From contig CAVUSO010000001.1 of assembly GCA_963744145.1 (NCBI GenBank), forward strand, positions 4,256,001 through 4,320,000: DNA of 64,000 bases, read 5' to 3'. The notes below the pieces were generated by a model. That model was not told where the DNA came from. It did not search any database and was given only the letters and a program-made list of their open reading frames with translations. Shown piece by piece: positions 1-9,129 of this stretch (its first letter is position 1; every line of letters starts with the position of its first letter). This DNA is from an uncultured cyanobacterium. Its GTDB lineage: Bacteria > Cyanobacteriota > Cyanobacteriia > Cyanobacteriales > CAWUOF01. The translations under genes were made by a program, and so were the position numbers.

Positions 1-453
1 TTCAATAATCCCAGCTTGACTGTAGCGGACTGACTTCACATTGCGGTCATTGTCGATGGTCGTATGTACGGGCGTATTGCAATACGCCCCTTCGATTAAT
101 AAATATATATCTTGGGGTTGTGGATGTGGGTCTAGGTATGAAAGACGACGTTTCACGATTGATAGATCAGGTTGGGGTTCTAATCCCCCGTTTAGTCTTA
201 CTGGAGTTTGGGACAAGATTGAAATACTTTTACCCAAAGCATCATAGAACAGTTCATACAAACGACCCATACAATTTGCATGACGATTACCCATCGCTGC
301 CATATAAATAATATCCCCATCAATTAATTCTGTCTTACCATCCCCAAGCATCCCCAACTCACCCAGCTTGTAATATTCCTCTACTGTGAACTTCTTTCTT
401 GTTGGTGTTGTTGCTATTGCTACTGCGATCATCTTTCTCACCATCCTATCCAC
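1..453 (-). CDS. Uma2 family (DUF820) endonuclease-like protein, runs off the window start
   Basis: Manual translation MVRKMIAVAIATTPTRKKFTVEEYYKLGELGMLGDGKTELIDGDIIYMAAMG...EPQPDLSIVK...YSQAGIIE is open to base 1; paralogue of the next two genes. Confidence 0.85.
   Translation of the reverse strand, partial: MDRMVRKMIAVAIATTPTRKKFTVEEYYKLGELGMLGDGKTELIDGDIIYMAAMGNRHANCMGRLYELFYDALGKSISILSQTPVRLNGGLEPQPDLSIVKRRLSYLDPHPQPQDIYLLIEGAYCNTPVHTTIDNDRNVKSVRYSQAGIIE
70..89. repeat. 20-bp perfect palindrome GGGCGTATTGCAATACGCCC lying in-frame within a Uma2 gene
   Basis: Identical copy at 2607-2626; absent from the paralogues at the equivalent positions. Confidence 0.8.
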
Positions 454-501
454 TAATTCTTATTCTAAATTGCTTGTGATCACAATCCCATCCCCAGCGA
501 T

Positions 502-752
502 CCAATGTCTGTCTATTCTCTCTTCTTGAGAATGAAGCACATTTTTATAGAATCGGATTTTTAGGCATCATCGTTGCGATCGGGCGGCAATTCTGGCCAG
601 GCTTTCTGTTATTATTGTCCCCTCGTACTACGGATCACCCGTTCTTATGGTAATAATTAAAATTTATTGAATTTCCAAATACTTACTACATAAGCTTTTC
701 TCCTACTCGCTCTGTCTGTTCATTTTCTGGCTAAAGAATAGACAGACATTGG
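502..752. repeat. Segment bounded by a perfect 18-bp inverted repeat (MITE-like)
   Basis: CCAATGTCTGTCTATTCT at 502-519 and AGAATAGACAGACATTGG at 735-752; short collapsed version at 1592-1636. Confidence 0.6.
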
Positions 753-773
753 GTAGTTTAGCGATCGCTAACA

Positions 774-853
774 ATTACTAATCAAACGGATCTGAAGCTT
801 GAAACGATTGCTAATAAAACGGTAAGCGCAATTGAATCCGGGTGATTAGTAAT
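774..853. repeat. ~80-bp element with terminal inverted repeats downstream of Uma2 genes
   Basis: ATTACTAATCA...TGATTAGTAAT; further copies at 1646-1725 and 2779-2852, partial copy near 3429-3463. Confidence 0.7.
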
Positions 854-864
854 CGAATATTGGT

Positions 865-1446
865 CTACAAAATATCGTCAACGCTAATTACTATGTCTGG
901 AAACGCCAGGGGTGAGATAGTTTCCCCGCATCTAAATTGTTGGATACTTTCATAGCCATTAGCACTTGGTTGGCGATAAACCTCAATTATTTTGACTTCT
1001 ATGTCTACGATCCAAAGTTCAATAATTCCTGCTTTACTGTAGCTAACTGACTTCACATTACGGTCGTGGTCAATAGTGGTGTCTGCTACTTCAATTAATA
1101 AATATACGTCTTGGGGCTGTGGGAGTAGATCCCCGTAATCATCATCACGTAGTTTCAAAACCAATAGATCCGGTTCTGGCACTAATTTTCCGTTCAATCT
1201 GACTGGGATTCGTGCGGCGATTAAAGCGCGATCATCTAAAAGTTTGGGGAAAATTTTAATCAATCTAATTAGACCCCTTATATGACGACTACCCATCGCT
1301 GCCATATAGATAATATCCCCATCAATTAGTTCTGTCCTGCCATCTCCAAGCATCCCCAACTCACTCAGCTTGTAATATTCCTCTACCGTGAATTGCTTTC
1401 TTGTTGGTGTTATTGCTGTTGCTACTGCGATCATCTTTTTCACCAT
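865..1446 (-). CDS. Uma2 family endonuclease-like protein
   Basis: FTVEEYY..ELIDG..PEPD..LLIEVADTT..YSKAGIIELWIVD motifs. Confidence 0.9.
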   Translation of the reverse strand: MVKKMIAVATAITPTRKQFTVEEYYKLSELGMLGDGRTELIDGDIIYMAAMGSRHIRGLIRLIKIFPKLLDDRALIAARIPVRLNGKLVPEPDLLVLKLRDDDYGDLLPQPQDVYLLIEVADTTIDHDRNVKSVSYSKAGIIELWIVDIEVKIIEVYRQPSANGYESIQQFRCGETISPLAFPDIVISVDDIL

Positions 1447-1738
1447 CCCATTTACTGACTAGCTCCGATTATTCCCATTCTAATTGCGTTCACTAGCTTG
1501 TACCGTAGGTAATCACGATCGCGTACCGTAGGTAATCGCGTGGTCGTTGTCCAGTATCTAGATTTTTTGGCGATCGCGATCGTGGTCTAGTTCCAATGTG
1601 GTCTATTATCTGGCTAGAGAATTAACAGACATTGGATAGGTTTTGATAACTAATCAAACGGATATAAAGCTTGAAACGATTGCTAGTTAAACGGTAAGCG
1701 TGATTGAATCCGGTTGATTAGTAATCGGATCTATTGGC

Positions 1739-2332
1739 CTACAAAATATCGTCAACGCTGATCTCTATGTCTGGGAATGACAGGGGTGAGATACTTTCAC
1801 CACGTCTAAATTGTTGGATACTTTCATAACCGTTCGGACCAGGATTGCGGTAGACCTCTATCAATTCGGCTTTTACATCTACGATCCAAAGTTCAATAAT
1901 TCCTGCTTGACTGTAGAGGACTGATTTTTCATTACGGTCATATCCCGCCGTGGTGACCGATACTTCAATTAATAGATATACGTCTTGGGGTTGTGGGAGT
2001 TGATACCTGTAACGATCACCACGCCGTTTCAAAATTGATATATCCGGTTCTGGTTCTAATCTGCCGTTTAGCCTGACTGGGGTCTGGGCTACGACTGATG
2101 CACGATCATTTAAAAGTTTGGGAAAAATTTCAATCAGCCCAATTAAACAACTTACATGACCACTACCCATCGGTGCCATAAGCATAATATCCCCATCAAT
2201 TAGTTCTGTCCGTTCATCCGGTCCGATTATCCCTAATTCACCCAGTTGGTGATATTCCTCGACCGTGAACTTCTTTCTTGTTGGTGTTGTTGCTGTTGCT
2301 ACTGCGATCATCTTTCTCACCATCCTATCCAC
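1739..2332 (-). CDS. Uma2 family endonuclease-like protein
   Basis: Same motifs (EPEPD, LLIEVS, YSQAGIIELWIVD). Confidence 0.9.
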   Translation of the reverse strand: MDRMVRKMIAVATATTPTRKKFTVEEYHQLGELGIIGPDERTELIDGDIMLMAPMGSGHVSCLIGLIEIFPKLLNDRASVVAQTPVRLNGRLEPEPDISILKRRGDRYRYQLPQPQDVYLLIEVSVTTAGYDRNEKSVLYSQAGIIELWIVDVKAELIEVYRNPGPNGYESIQQFRRGESISPLSFPDIEISVDDIL

Positions 2333-2495
2333 TAATTCTTATTCTAAATTGTTTAGATAGGCTTTGTTATATTTAGAATATCACTTTAAATTCTGCCAAG
2401 CCATCAGTAAAGCTTCAACTCAAAATTACTGCTCACAATTAAGCTGTGTTTAAGGGTACAATTAATTGTTAGGTAGACCCCATTCAAGCAATAGG

Positions 2496-2752
2496 ATGGT
2501 AAGAAAGATGGTGGAAGTGACAGCAGCAACGAATATGACCGTAATGAAAAATCAATCCTCTACAGTCAAGCAGGAATTATTGAACTTTGGATTGTAGATG
2601 TAGAAGGGGCGTATTGCAATACGCCCATACTCGATGTTTATCGTAATCCTGGTCCGAACGGTTATGAAAGTATCCAACAATTCAGACGCGGAGAAACTAT
2701 CTCACCCCTGTCATTCCCAGACATAGTGATCAGTGTTGGCGATATTTTGTAG
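2496..2752 (+). pseudogene. Inverted, internally deleted Uma2 copy
   Basis: MVRKMVEVTAAT is joined out of frame to EYDRNEKSILYSQAGIIELWIVDVE...FPDIVISVGDIL*. Confidence 0.8.
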
Positions 2753-2858
2753 ACCAACCGATCCTAAAATCCACTTCGATTACTAATCAAACGGATATGA
2801 AGCTTGAAACGGTTAGCTATAAATATTTACAGCGATTGAATCTGGGTGATTAATTCTG

Positions 2859-3233
2859 TTAACCTTGTCCGTTGCCTTGGTTTCTCTGTTGCAGTTGTAA
2901 ATATTCCCAGATGCGTCTAATCTCGGCTCGATCTTCTTCACGTTGTCGGGATGCTGACCTATCGTGTCGTACCAATTCCGTAACTAATCCCGACAAGTCT
3001 GTAATTATTCCCGACAAGTCTGTAACGGTATTTTGTAGTTGCAACTGACCGTATGCCATTAAATCTACCTTTTCAGTTAATCGCTCTATCTTCTCTGTAA
3101 TAGATGAAAGATTTTGCTGAACTACGAGCATTTCATCAAGCATAATATTTGTTCTTTTCCCAAACTCTGTCTCGTTCTGACTAACTCGTTCCCTTAAATT
3201 AGTTATTTGTTCTTGTAGTGAATTAGTTTCCAT
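2859..3233 (-). CDS. Hypothetical coiled-coil protein (tandem copy 1, one extra heptad)
   Basis: Heptad-rich sequence nearly identical to 3470-3823; carries an extra 7-aa TDLSG-type unit. Confidence 0.75.
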   Translation of the reverse strand: METNSLQEQITNLRERVSQNETEFGKRTNIMLDEMLVVQQNLSSITEKIERLTEKVDLMAYGQLQLQNTVTDLSGIITDLSGLVTELVRHDRSASRQREEDRAEIRRIWEYLQLQQRNQGNGQG

Positions 3234-3469
3234 TTTGCTTTAGTTGATTTGGCTCAATTTTATTGTCACTATCCGTTAGCGTTACATTCACGTAGTGTAC
3301 CATAGGTAATCGCTTGTTCCAGTTCTGCTTTGGAATTGCCGATTCAAGCAAGTATCTTAACAAATCTTTGCATCCTGTCCTATTTTGCACGTATCCTGGT
3401 AGGACTCGGTAAGGTAAGAGTAAAAAACTATAAATATTTACAGCGATTGAATCCGGGTGATTAATTCTG

Positions 3470-3823
3470 TTAACCTTGTCCGTTGCCTTGGTTTCTCTGT
3501 TGCAGTTGTAAATATTCCCAGATGCGTCTGATCTCTGCTCGATCTTCTTCACGTTGTCGGGATGCTTCCATATCGCGTCGTACTAATTCCATAATTAATC
3601 CGGACAAGTCTGTAATCGTATTTTGTAGTTGCAACTGACCATATGCCATTAAATCTACCCTTTCAGTTAATCGCTCTATCTTCTCTGTAATAGATGAAAG
3701 ATTTTGCTGAACTACGAGCATTTCATCAAGCATAATATTTGTTCTTTTCCCAAACTCTGTCTCGTTCTGACTAACTCGTTCCCTTAAATTAGTTATTTGT
3801 TCTTGTAGTGAATTAGTTTCCAT
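3470..3823 (-). CDS. Hypothetical coiled-coil protein (tandem copy 2)
   Basis: Part of a ~600-bp tandem duplication that also copies the 3' tip of the kinase gene (3378-3425 vs 3969-4016). Confidence 0.75.
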   Translation of the reverse strand: METNSLQEQITNLRERVSQNETEFGKRTNIMLDEMLVVQQNLSSITEKIERLTERVDLMAYGQLQLQNTITDLSGLIMELVRRDMEASRQREEDRAEIRRIWEYLQLQQRNQGNGQG

Positions 3824-3969
3824 TTTGCTTTAGTTGATTTGGCTCAATTTTATTGTCACTATCCGTTAGCGTTACATTCACTTAGTGTACCATAGGTAAT
3901 CGCTTGTTCCAGTTCGGCTTTGGAATTGCCGATTCAAGCAAGTATCTTAACAAATCTTTGCATCTTGTC

Positions 3970-6298
3970 CTATTTTGCACGTATTCCGGTAGGACTCGGT
4001 AAGGTGAGAGTAAAAGCAGTCTGACCTGGTGGGGTGCGATCAATCTTTAAATCACCACCATGTGCCCGGGCAATTTCTCGTGATAAACTAAGTCCTAAAC
4101 CAGTACCCTCAATTTGACGGTTACGTGCTGATCCACCTCGATGAAAACGTTCAAAAATTTGTTTGTGTTCACTAATTGGAATAGTCTCAGAACTATTACT
4201 GACTGTAACACAGACCGTAAAACCATAAAGTTTGGCTTCAATCCGGACCCAACCAGAGGGTAAGTTATATTTAATCGCATTAGTCAAAAGATTCTGTAAG
4301 ACCTGGACTATTAAATCGCGATCGCCCCAAATTTTTAAATTTTGCCCAATCTCACTTTGCAATTCTAGTTCAGGAGCAAGAATTTCTAGATCATCAGTTA
4401 AATCGACTAACATCTTAGATAAATCCATTTCAATTGCGTGTAAACGCATTTGTCCAGCATCAGCTAAGGAGAGGAGTAAGAGCTTACGAACAATGGTACT
4501 TAAGCGACATACTTCATCGAGGAGATGACTAAATTTTTGCTGAAGTTCGGAACCGGAATCAACTTGTTGGAGAGCGCATTCCAATTCTCCCTGTAAAATT
4601 GCTAAGGGGGTTTTTAGTTCATGAGCTGCATCAGCACTAAAACGTAAAGCTTGTTTAAAACTACGTTCTAATCGTCCCATCATCTGATTAAATACTTTCA
4701 GTAATTCCACAAATTCCAGAATCTGCTGTACCGATCGCAATCCTTTGATCTAATCCTTTAGCGGTTACTCTTTTAATCTTACCCGTAACTTCATGTAAGG
4801 GTTTAAGCGCACGTCCCGATAACCACCAAGCTCCCAATGCTACCAAAATTAGAGCGACGGGAATGGAAATCAAAAAAATATTACCAATCGTATTCATTTC
4901 CCGATCGATCAAGATTAAATTAATCGCGATCGCAATGCGTATTCCGGGAGTTGTCACTGCTCCAACTCGCCAATAACCGCTCAGAGTCTTTTTGGTAAAA
5001 AAATTAATATGATGGGGAATATTTTCTGGTGGTGGTAATTCTTCCGGAAGTGGGTTTACTGGTAACTGGGATGGGTGCCGAAAACTATCTCCTGGTGTGG
5101 GTGAGGAAGATGGTTTTTTCGGTGTTGAATTTAAAGTTGGATCTCGTTTTTCCGGAATCTCAGCAGATGGTAATTGTTTATTTGTTTCTAAATTTGAAGT
5201 TGGATAGGATTTTTCTTCAATTCCGTGAGAAGAAGATGGATTTTTCTCCACTGAGTTTGGTGCTGATTCCCTTCTTTCTTGAATTTCAATAACAGAAGAT
5301 TGTTTATTATGGATGGGGGTTGGTACTGGCTTTGGTTTTTCCGAGATACTAGGAGAGGGAGACGGTTTTTTCTCAACTGGACTCGGTACTGGCTTTGGGT
5401 TTTCCGGGATACTAGGAGAGGGAGACGGTTTTTTCTCAACTGGACTCGGTACTGGCTTTGGGTTTTCCGGGATACTAGGAGAGGGAGACGGTTTTTTCTC
5501 AACTGGACTCGGTACTGGCTCTGGTTTTTCCGGGATACTAGGAGGGGAAATCGGTTCTGGTTTTTCTGAATTTGGTGCTGGGGTTTGTTCTCCAGGGATT
5601 TCTGGTGGAGGAAATTGTCTTTCTCCTGGGGGATTAGATGGGGAAATGGGTTGACTGGGAATTCCTGGTGGAGGAAATTGTCTTTCTCCTGGGGGATTAG
5701 AGGGAGAAAAAGGTTGATCGGGAATTCCTGATGGAGGAAATTGTCTTTCTCCTGGAGGATTAGAGGGAGGAAAAGGTTGACCAGGAATTCCTGGTGGAGG
5801 AAATTGTCTTTCTCCTGGGGGATTAGAGGGAGAAAAAGGTTGATCGGGAATTCCTGGTGGAGGAAATTGTCTTTCTCCTGGAGGGTTTTGGGGTGGATGT
5901 GGTTGGATTTGAGGGAAGAAAATTTTTAAGGGATCGGCAAATAAAGATAATTCGAGACTAGATAATAGGGGAAATAATTTAGTTTGATCCAGATCAACGG
6001 GCCAACTCTGGGATTGATATAATACTTGTTCAGCATTATCAACCACGAGCAAAGCTACCCCACGTTCAGAACTAACATTAAAAAAAGACGGTAAATCGGC
6101 TTTGTATAATGACCAATGACTGATGGGACGAGGAGGATGGGACTCTCGTAACAACTGACTGGTAATTTCACTGTCAAGACGAGCAACTTTACTTTTATAA
6201 ATAAGTAACCAGGACGCAATTCCAAAACCGATTAGGGTACTACCTGCTAATAAGACGGAGAGGAAAGCAATCCGGAAACGGAAAGAACGTAACTTCAC
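3970..6298 (-). CDS. HAMP-domain sensor histidine kinase with long Pro-rich extracytoplasmic repeats; +1 frameshift near 4720
   Basis: Two TM segments, HAMP, H-box FSADAAHELKTPL, NLLTNAIKY, GTGLGL; removing one T in GAT-T-CTG-GAA joins the two ORFs. Confidence 0.85.
5316..5545 (-). repeat. 63-bp coding tandem repeat (PSPVEKKPSPSPSIPENPKPV), about 3.5 copies
   Basis: Visible in both DNA and protein. Confidence 0.9.
5600..5885 (-). repeat. 63-bp coding tandem repeat (PPGERQFPPPGIPDQPFSPSN), about 5 copies
   Basis: GGAGGAAATTGTCTTTCTCC recurs every 63 bp. Confidence 0.9.
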
Positions 6299-6301
6299 GG
6301 T

Positions 6302-6982
6302 TTAATCTCCTCCGATTTTCCGAAACCGATAACCTACTCCACGGACACTTTCTAGATAGTCAACTCCACCCACTTGCTCCAGCTTTTTTCTGATGCGTTG
6401 AATACAAACATCAACTAGATTAGTATTTGGGTTAAAATCATATCCCCACACATGTTCAAGGATTTGGGTGCGAGTAAAGACCCGACCCGAGGAACGCATC
6501 AGGTATTCTAAGAGGTTAAACTCACGGGTAGTTAATTCGACGGACTGTTGATTATAGGTAACTTCACGAGTAATCCGATCGAGTTTTAGTGGTCCAGCAC
6601 TTAAGATATTTTGCCGATCGCCCGTCACTCTTCGGATTACTGCATGAATCCGAGCAATTAGTTCTTCGACAAAAAAAGGTTTAGATAAATAGTCATCAGC
6701 ACCAAAATTTAGTCCTTCTAGTCGATCGTTTAATTCATTGCGAGCTGTCAGTAAAATTACTGGTACATTCCGACCACTACGACGTAAGCTTTTGAGGATG
6801 AATAATCCATCCTTACCGGGAAGCATGATATCAAGCACAATTACATCATACTGATTCTCCATCGCCCGATTATATCCTTCATCACCATTATCCGTATAAT
6901 CAACGAGGAATCCCTGTTCTTTTAGTCCAGCACAGACAAAGCTGGCAATTTTCGCTTCATCTTCACAATAGAGAACATTCAT
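6302..6982 (-). CDS. OmpR/PhoB-family response regulator
   Basis: Receiver (EDE, LDIMLP, GADDYLSKPF) plus winged helix (SVRGVGY). Confidence 0.95.
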   Translation of the reverse strand: MNVLYCEDEAKIASFVCAGLKEQGFLVDYTDNGDEGYNRAMENQYDVIVLDIMLPGKDGLFILKSLRRSGRNVPVILLTARNELNDRLEGLNFGADDYLSKPFFVEELIARIHAVIRRVTGDRQNILSAGPLKLDRITREVTYNQQSVELTTREFNLLEYLMRSSGRVFTRTQILEHVWGYDFNPNTNLVDVCIQRIRKKLEQVGGVDYLESVRGVGYRFRKIGGD

Positions 6983-7039
6983 TTGCAGAATTAATGATTG
7001 CGATTATACCCTATTCTAGCTCAATTTGACACCAACTTA

Positions 7040-7057
7040 AATTACAAAAATGTAATT
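7040..7057. promoter_or_regulatory. Palindromic operator candidate AATTACA-N4-TGTAATT in the divergent promoter
   Basis: Perfect 7-bp arms between the regulator and spy-like gene; further TGTA half-sites follow. Binding by the regulator is inferred. Confidence 0.5.
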
Positions 7058-7207
7058 CAGCCATGTATAGAGATGTAATTTTTAGGTTGCTTAATGAAAT
7101 TATCGGGAAGAGGAAAGCCAAAAACGCAAATAAAGGTCATCTTCTTCTGCTTCAGTAAAATCACTTTCTTTCCCTCTATAAACTGCAACTATTTCAGGAG
7201 AATACTG

Positions 7208-7720
7208 ATGAAATTACGGAACTTAGTTTGTGTAGGAATTGTCTCACTGTTTATTCCTGTTAGTAGTCATCTTGCTTTTGCTCAATCCGAATTAAGTCAG
7301 ACTCAATCAAATTCAACTCCTGTTGATTCTAGTAATCAGAATTCCCCTTGTCCTCCTCCACCAACTATGGGTGGAAAGGGACCTGAAGGTAATGCTTTAC
7401 CACCTTGGTCTAAAGATATTAATCTGAGTAATCAACAAATAGAACAGATTAAAACACTCCACGAACAATCTCAAAAAGATACGGAAAGTTTACGACAACA
7501 ACTCCATCAAGCTGAAGACCAAATGCGATCGCTGTTAGAAAGTGATGCTCCGATGGATAAGTTACAGCAACAACATCAACAAATTCAAACCCTACGTCAA
7601 CAACTTGATGATAAACATTTCCAAATGATGGTAGCTGAAAATAAGCTTTTAACTCCCGCTCAACGTAGTCAAATTAGCAAATTTATGCAGCAACATCGTC
7701 CTCCTCAACCACCAATGTAA
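7208..7720 (+). CDS. Spy/CpxP family periplasmic protein
   Basis: Signal peptide (..HLAFAQ), INLSNQQ and LLTPAQR LTXXQ-type motifs, Gln-rich helices. Confidence 0.85.
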   Translation: MKLRNLVCVGIVSLFIPVSSHLAFAQSELSQTQSNSTPVDSSNQNSPCPPPPTMGGKGPEGNALPPWSKDINLSNQQIEQIKTLHEQSQKDTESLRQQLHQAEDQMRSLLESDAPMDKLQQQHQQIQTLRQQLDDKHFQMMVAENKLLTPAQRSQISKFMQQHRPPQPPM

Positions 7721-7785
7721 TTTATCTTTTATCACCTTATCTTGCTCAAAAACAACTTTGTCATTACCTAAATCGGAGAAAAAAG

Positions 7786-8028
7786 ATGTCAGCTTTTACT
7801 ACTTTATCAATCACGGAAGATGGATTTGCTTTCGACTCAAAAACTGGCGAAAGCTATATTTTAAACAGTTGCGCTCAATTGGTGATTAAAGGTTTACAAA
7901 AAGGCGAAAATCGTCAAGATATCATTCACAATCTGGCACGGGAATTTGGGGTCACTCAAAATACAATTGAACGAGATATTGCCGACTTTTTTGGACAACT
8001 CAATAGTTTAGGAATGTTCACTAACTAA
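7786..8028 (+). CDS. Stand-alone PqqD family / RiPP-recognition-element protein
   Basis: 80 aa; FDSKTGESYILN..I..L..G...I...LAREF.V....IERDIADF pattern; GGAG RBS. Confidence 0.85.
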   Translation: MSAFTTLSITEDGFAFDSKTGESYILNSCAQLVIKGLQKGENRQDIIHNLAREFGVTQNTIERDIADFFGQLNSLGMFTN

Positions 8029-8087
8029 GCTGAGGAAAAGTTGGTTGGAAATAATAAATAAACAGAATAATTCAGAGGAGGAAATCA

Positions 8088-9128
8088 ATGAGACATCCAA
8101 CCATAGCTGTTACGGGGATTAATGCGGTAGATAATCCTGGTCCTGGGACAGGAGTTGCCCGAAGTTTACGCGAAGATCAAGAATTATCAATGCAAATTGT
8201 TGGTCTAGCTTATGACGCAATGGAACCAGGGTTATATATGGATTGGCTATTCGATCGCCGTTATATTATGCCATATCCTGCGGCTGAACCGGAAGTTTCT
8301 TTAGAACGATTAGAACAAATTCAGTCACAATTTGGACTTGATTGCATTATCCCTAATTTCGATCTCGAATTACCCCTTTACATTCGTTATGCTCAGGAGC
8401 TAAAAGCACTCGGAATTCACACTTATCTACCTACTAAAGCTCAATTTGCGCTCCGTAATAAAGCGAATTTGACTGAAGCTGCGAAAAATTTTGGAGTAGA
8501 GACACCCAAGACTATTGTAGTAAGTTCAGTACAGGAATTGCAGGAAGCGACCAAAGAATTAGGGTTTCCCTTAATGATTAAAGGACCCTATTACAAAGCT
8601 TACAAAGTTTCTAGCAATCAAGAAGCATTACATCGCTTTTATCACTTAGCTAATGAATGGGGATATCCCATCATTGTGCAACAGATAGTGAGTGGAATTG
8701 AATTGAATTTAGTCTCAGTTGGGGATGGTAAAGGGAGTCACCTCGGTTTAGTCGCAATTAAAAAGATGGGGGTGACAGATTTAGGGAAAATCTGGAGTGG
8801 TTTAACGATTCATCATCCTGGGTTATTAAAAGTTGCGGAAAACTTTCTTCAACATACCCAATGGAAAGGTCCGTTTGAACTCGAATGTATCGCGGATGTG
8901 GATGGAACTATCTATCTGATTGAAATTAACCCTCGATTTCCAGCATGGACTTATTTTGCTACAGGAGTGGGAGTTAATTTACCTGCTCGATTAGTCCGAG
9001 CTGCTCTAGGATTACCTTTACCTCCCTTAGAACCCTATCCCGTCGGTAAATTATTGATGCGTTATACCTACGAAATGGTCATGGACGCAACCCCTCTACA
9101 AACCTTAGTAACCATCGGAGAAAGATAA
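8088..9128 (+). CDS. ATP-grasp ligase (carboxylate-amine ligase-like)
   Basis: GFPLMIKG, IIVQQ, GPFELE, LIEINPRF motifs; GAGGAGG RBS. Confidence 0.9.
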   Translation: MRHPTIAVTGINAVDNPGPGTGVARSLREDQELSMQIVGLAYDAMEPGLYMDWLFDRRYIMPYPAAEPEVSLERLEQIQSQFGLDCIIPNFDLELPLYIRYAQELKALGIHTYLPTKAQFALRNKANLTEAAKNFGVETPKTIVVSSVQELQEATKELGFPLMIKGPYYKAYKVSSNQEALHRFYHLANEWGYPIIVQQIVSGIELNLVSVGDGKGSHLGLVAIKKMGVTDLGKIWSGLTIHHPGLLKVAENFLQHTQWKGPFELECIADVDGTIYLIEINPRFPAWTYFATGVGVNLPARLVRAALGLPLPPLEPYPVGKLLMRYTYEMVMDATPLQTLVTIGER

Positions 9129-9129
9129 A

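Noticed and set aside
3223..3552. 109-aa ORF between the duplicated genes
   Set aside because: Spans the duplication junction and overlaps both real genes
5316..5885. Graspetide precursor repeats for the ATP-grasp enzyme
   Set aside because: The repeats lie inside the kinase's extracytoplasmic domain, lack a leader and do not resemble known graspetide cores
5029..5929. Overlapping Arg/Trp- or Gly-rich ORFs
   Set aside because: Alternative-frame shadows of the Pro-rich repeats
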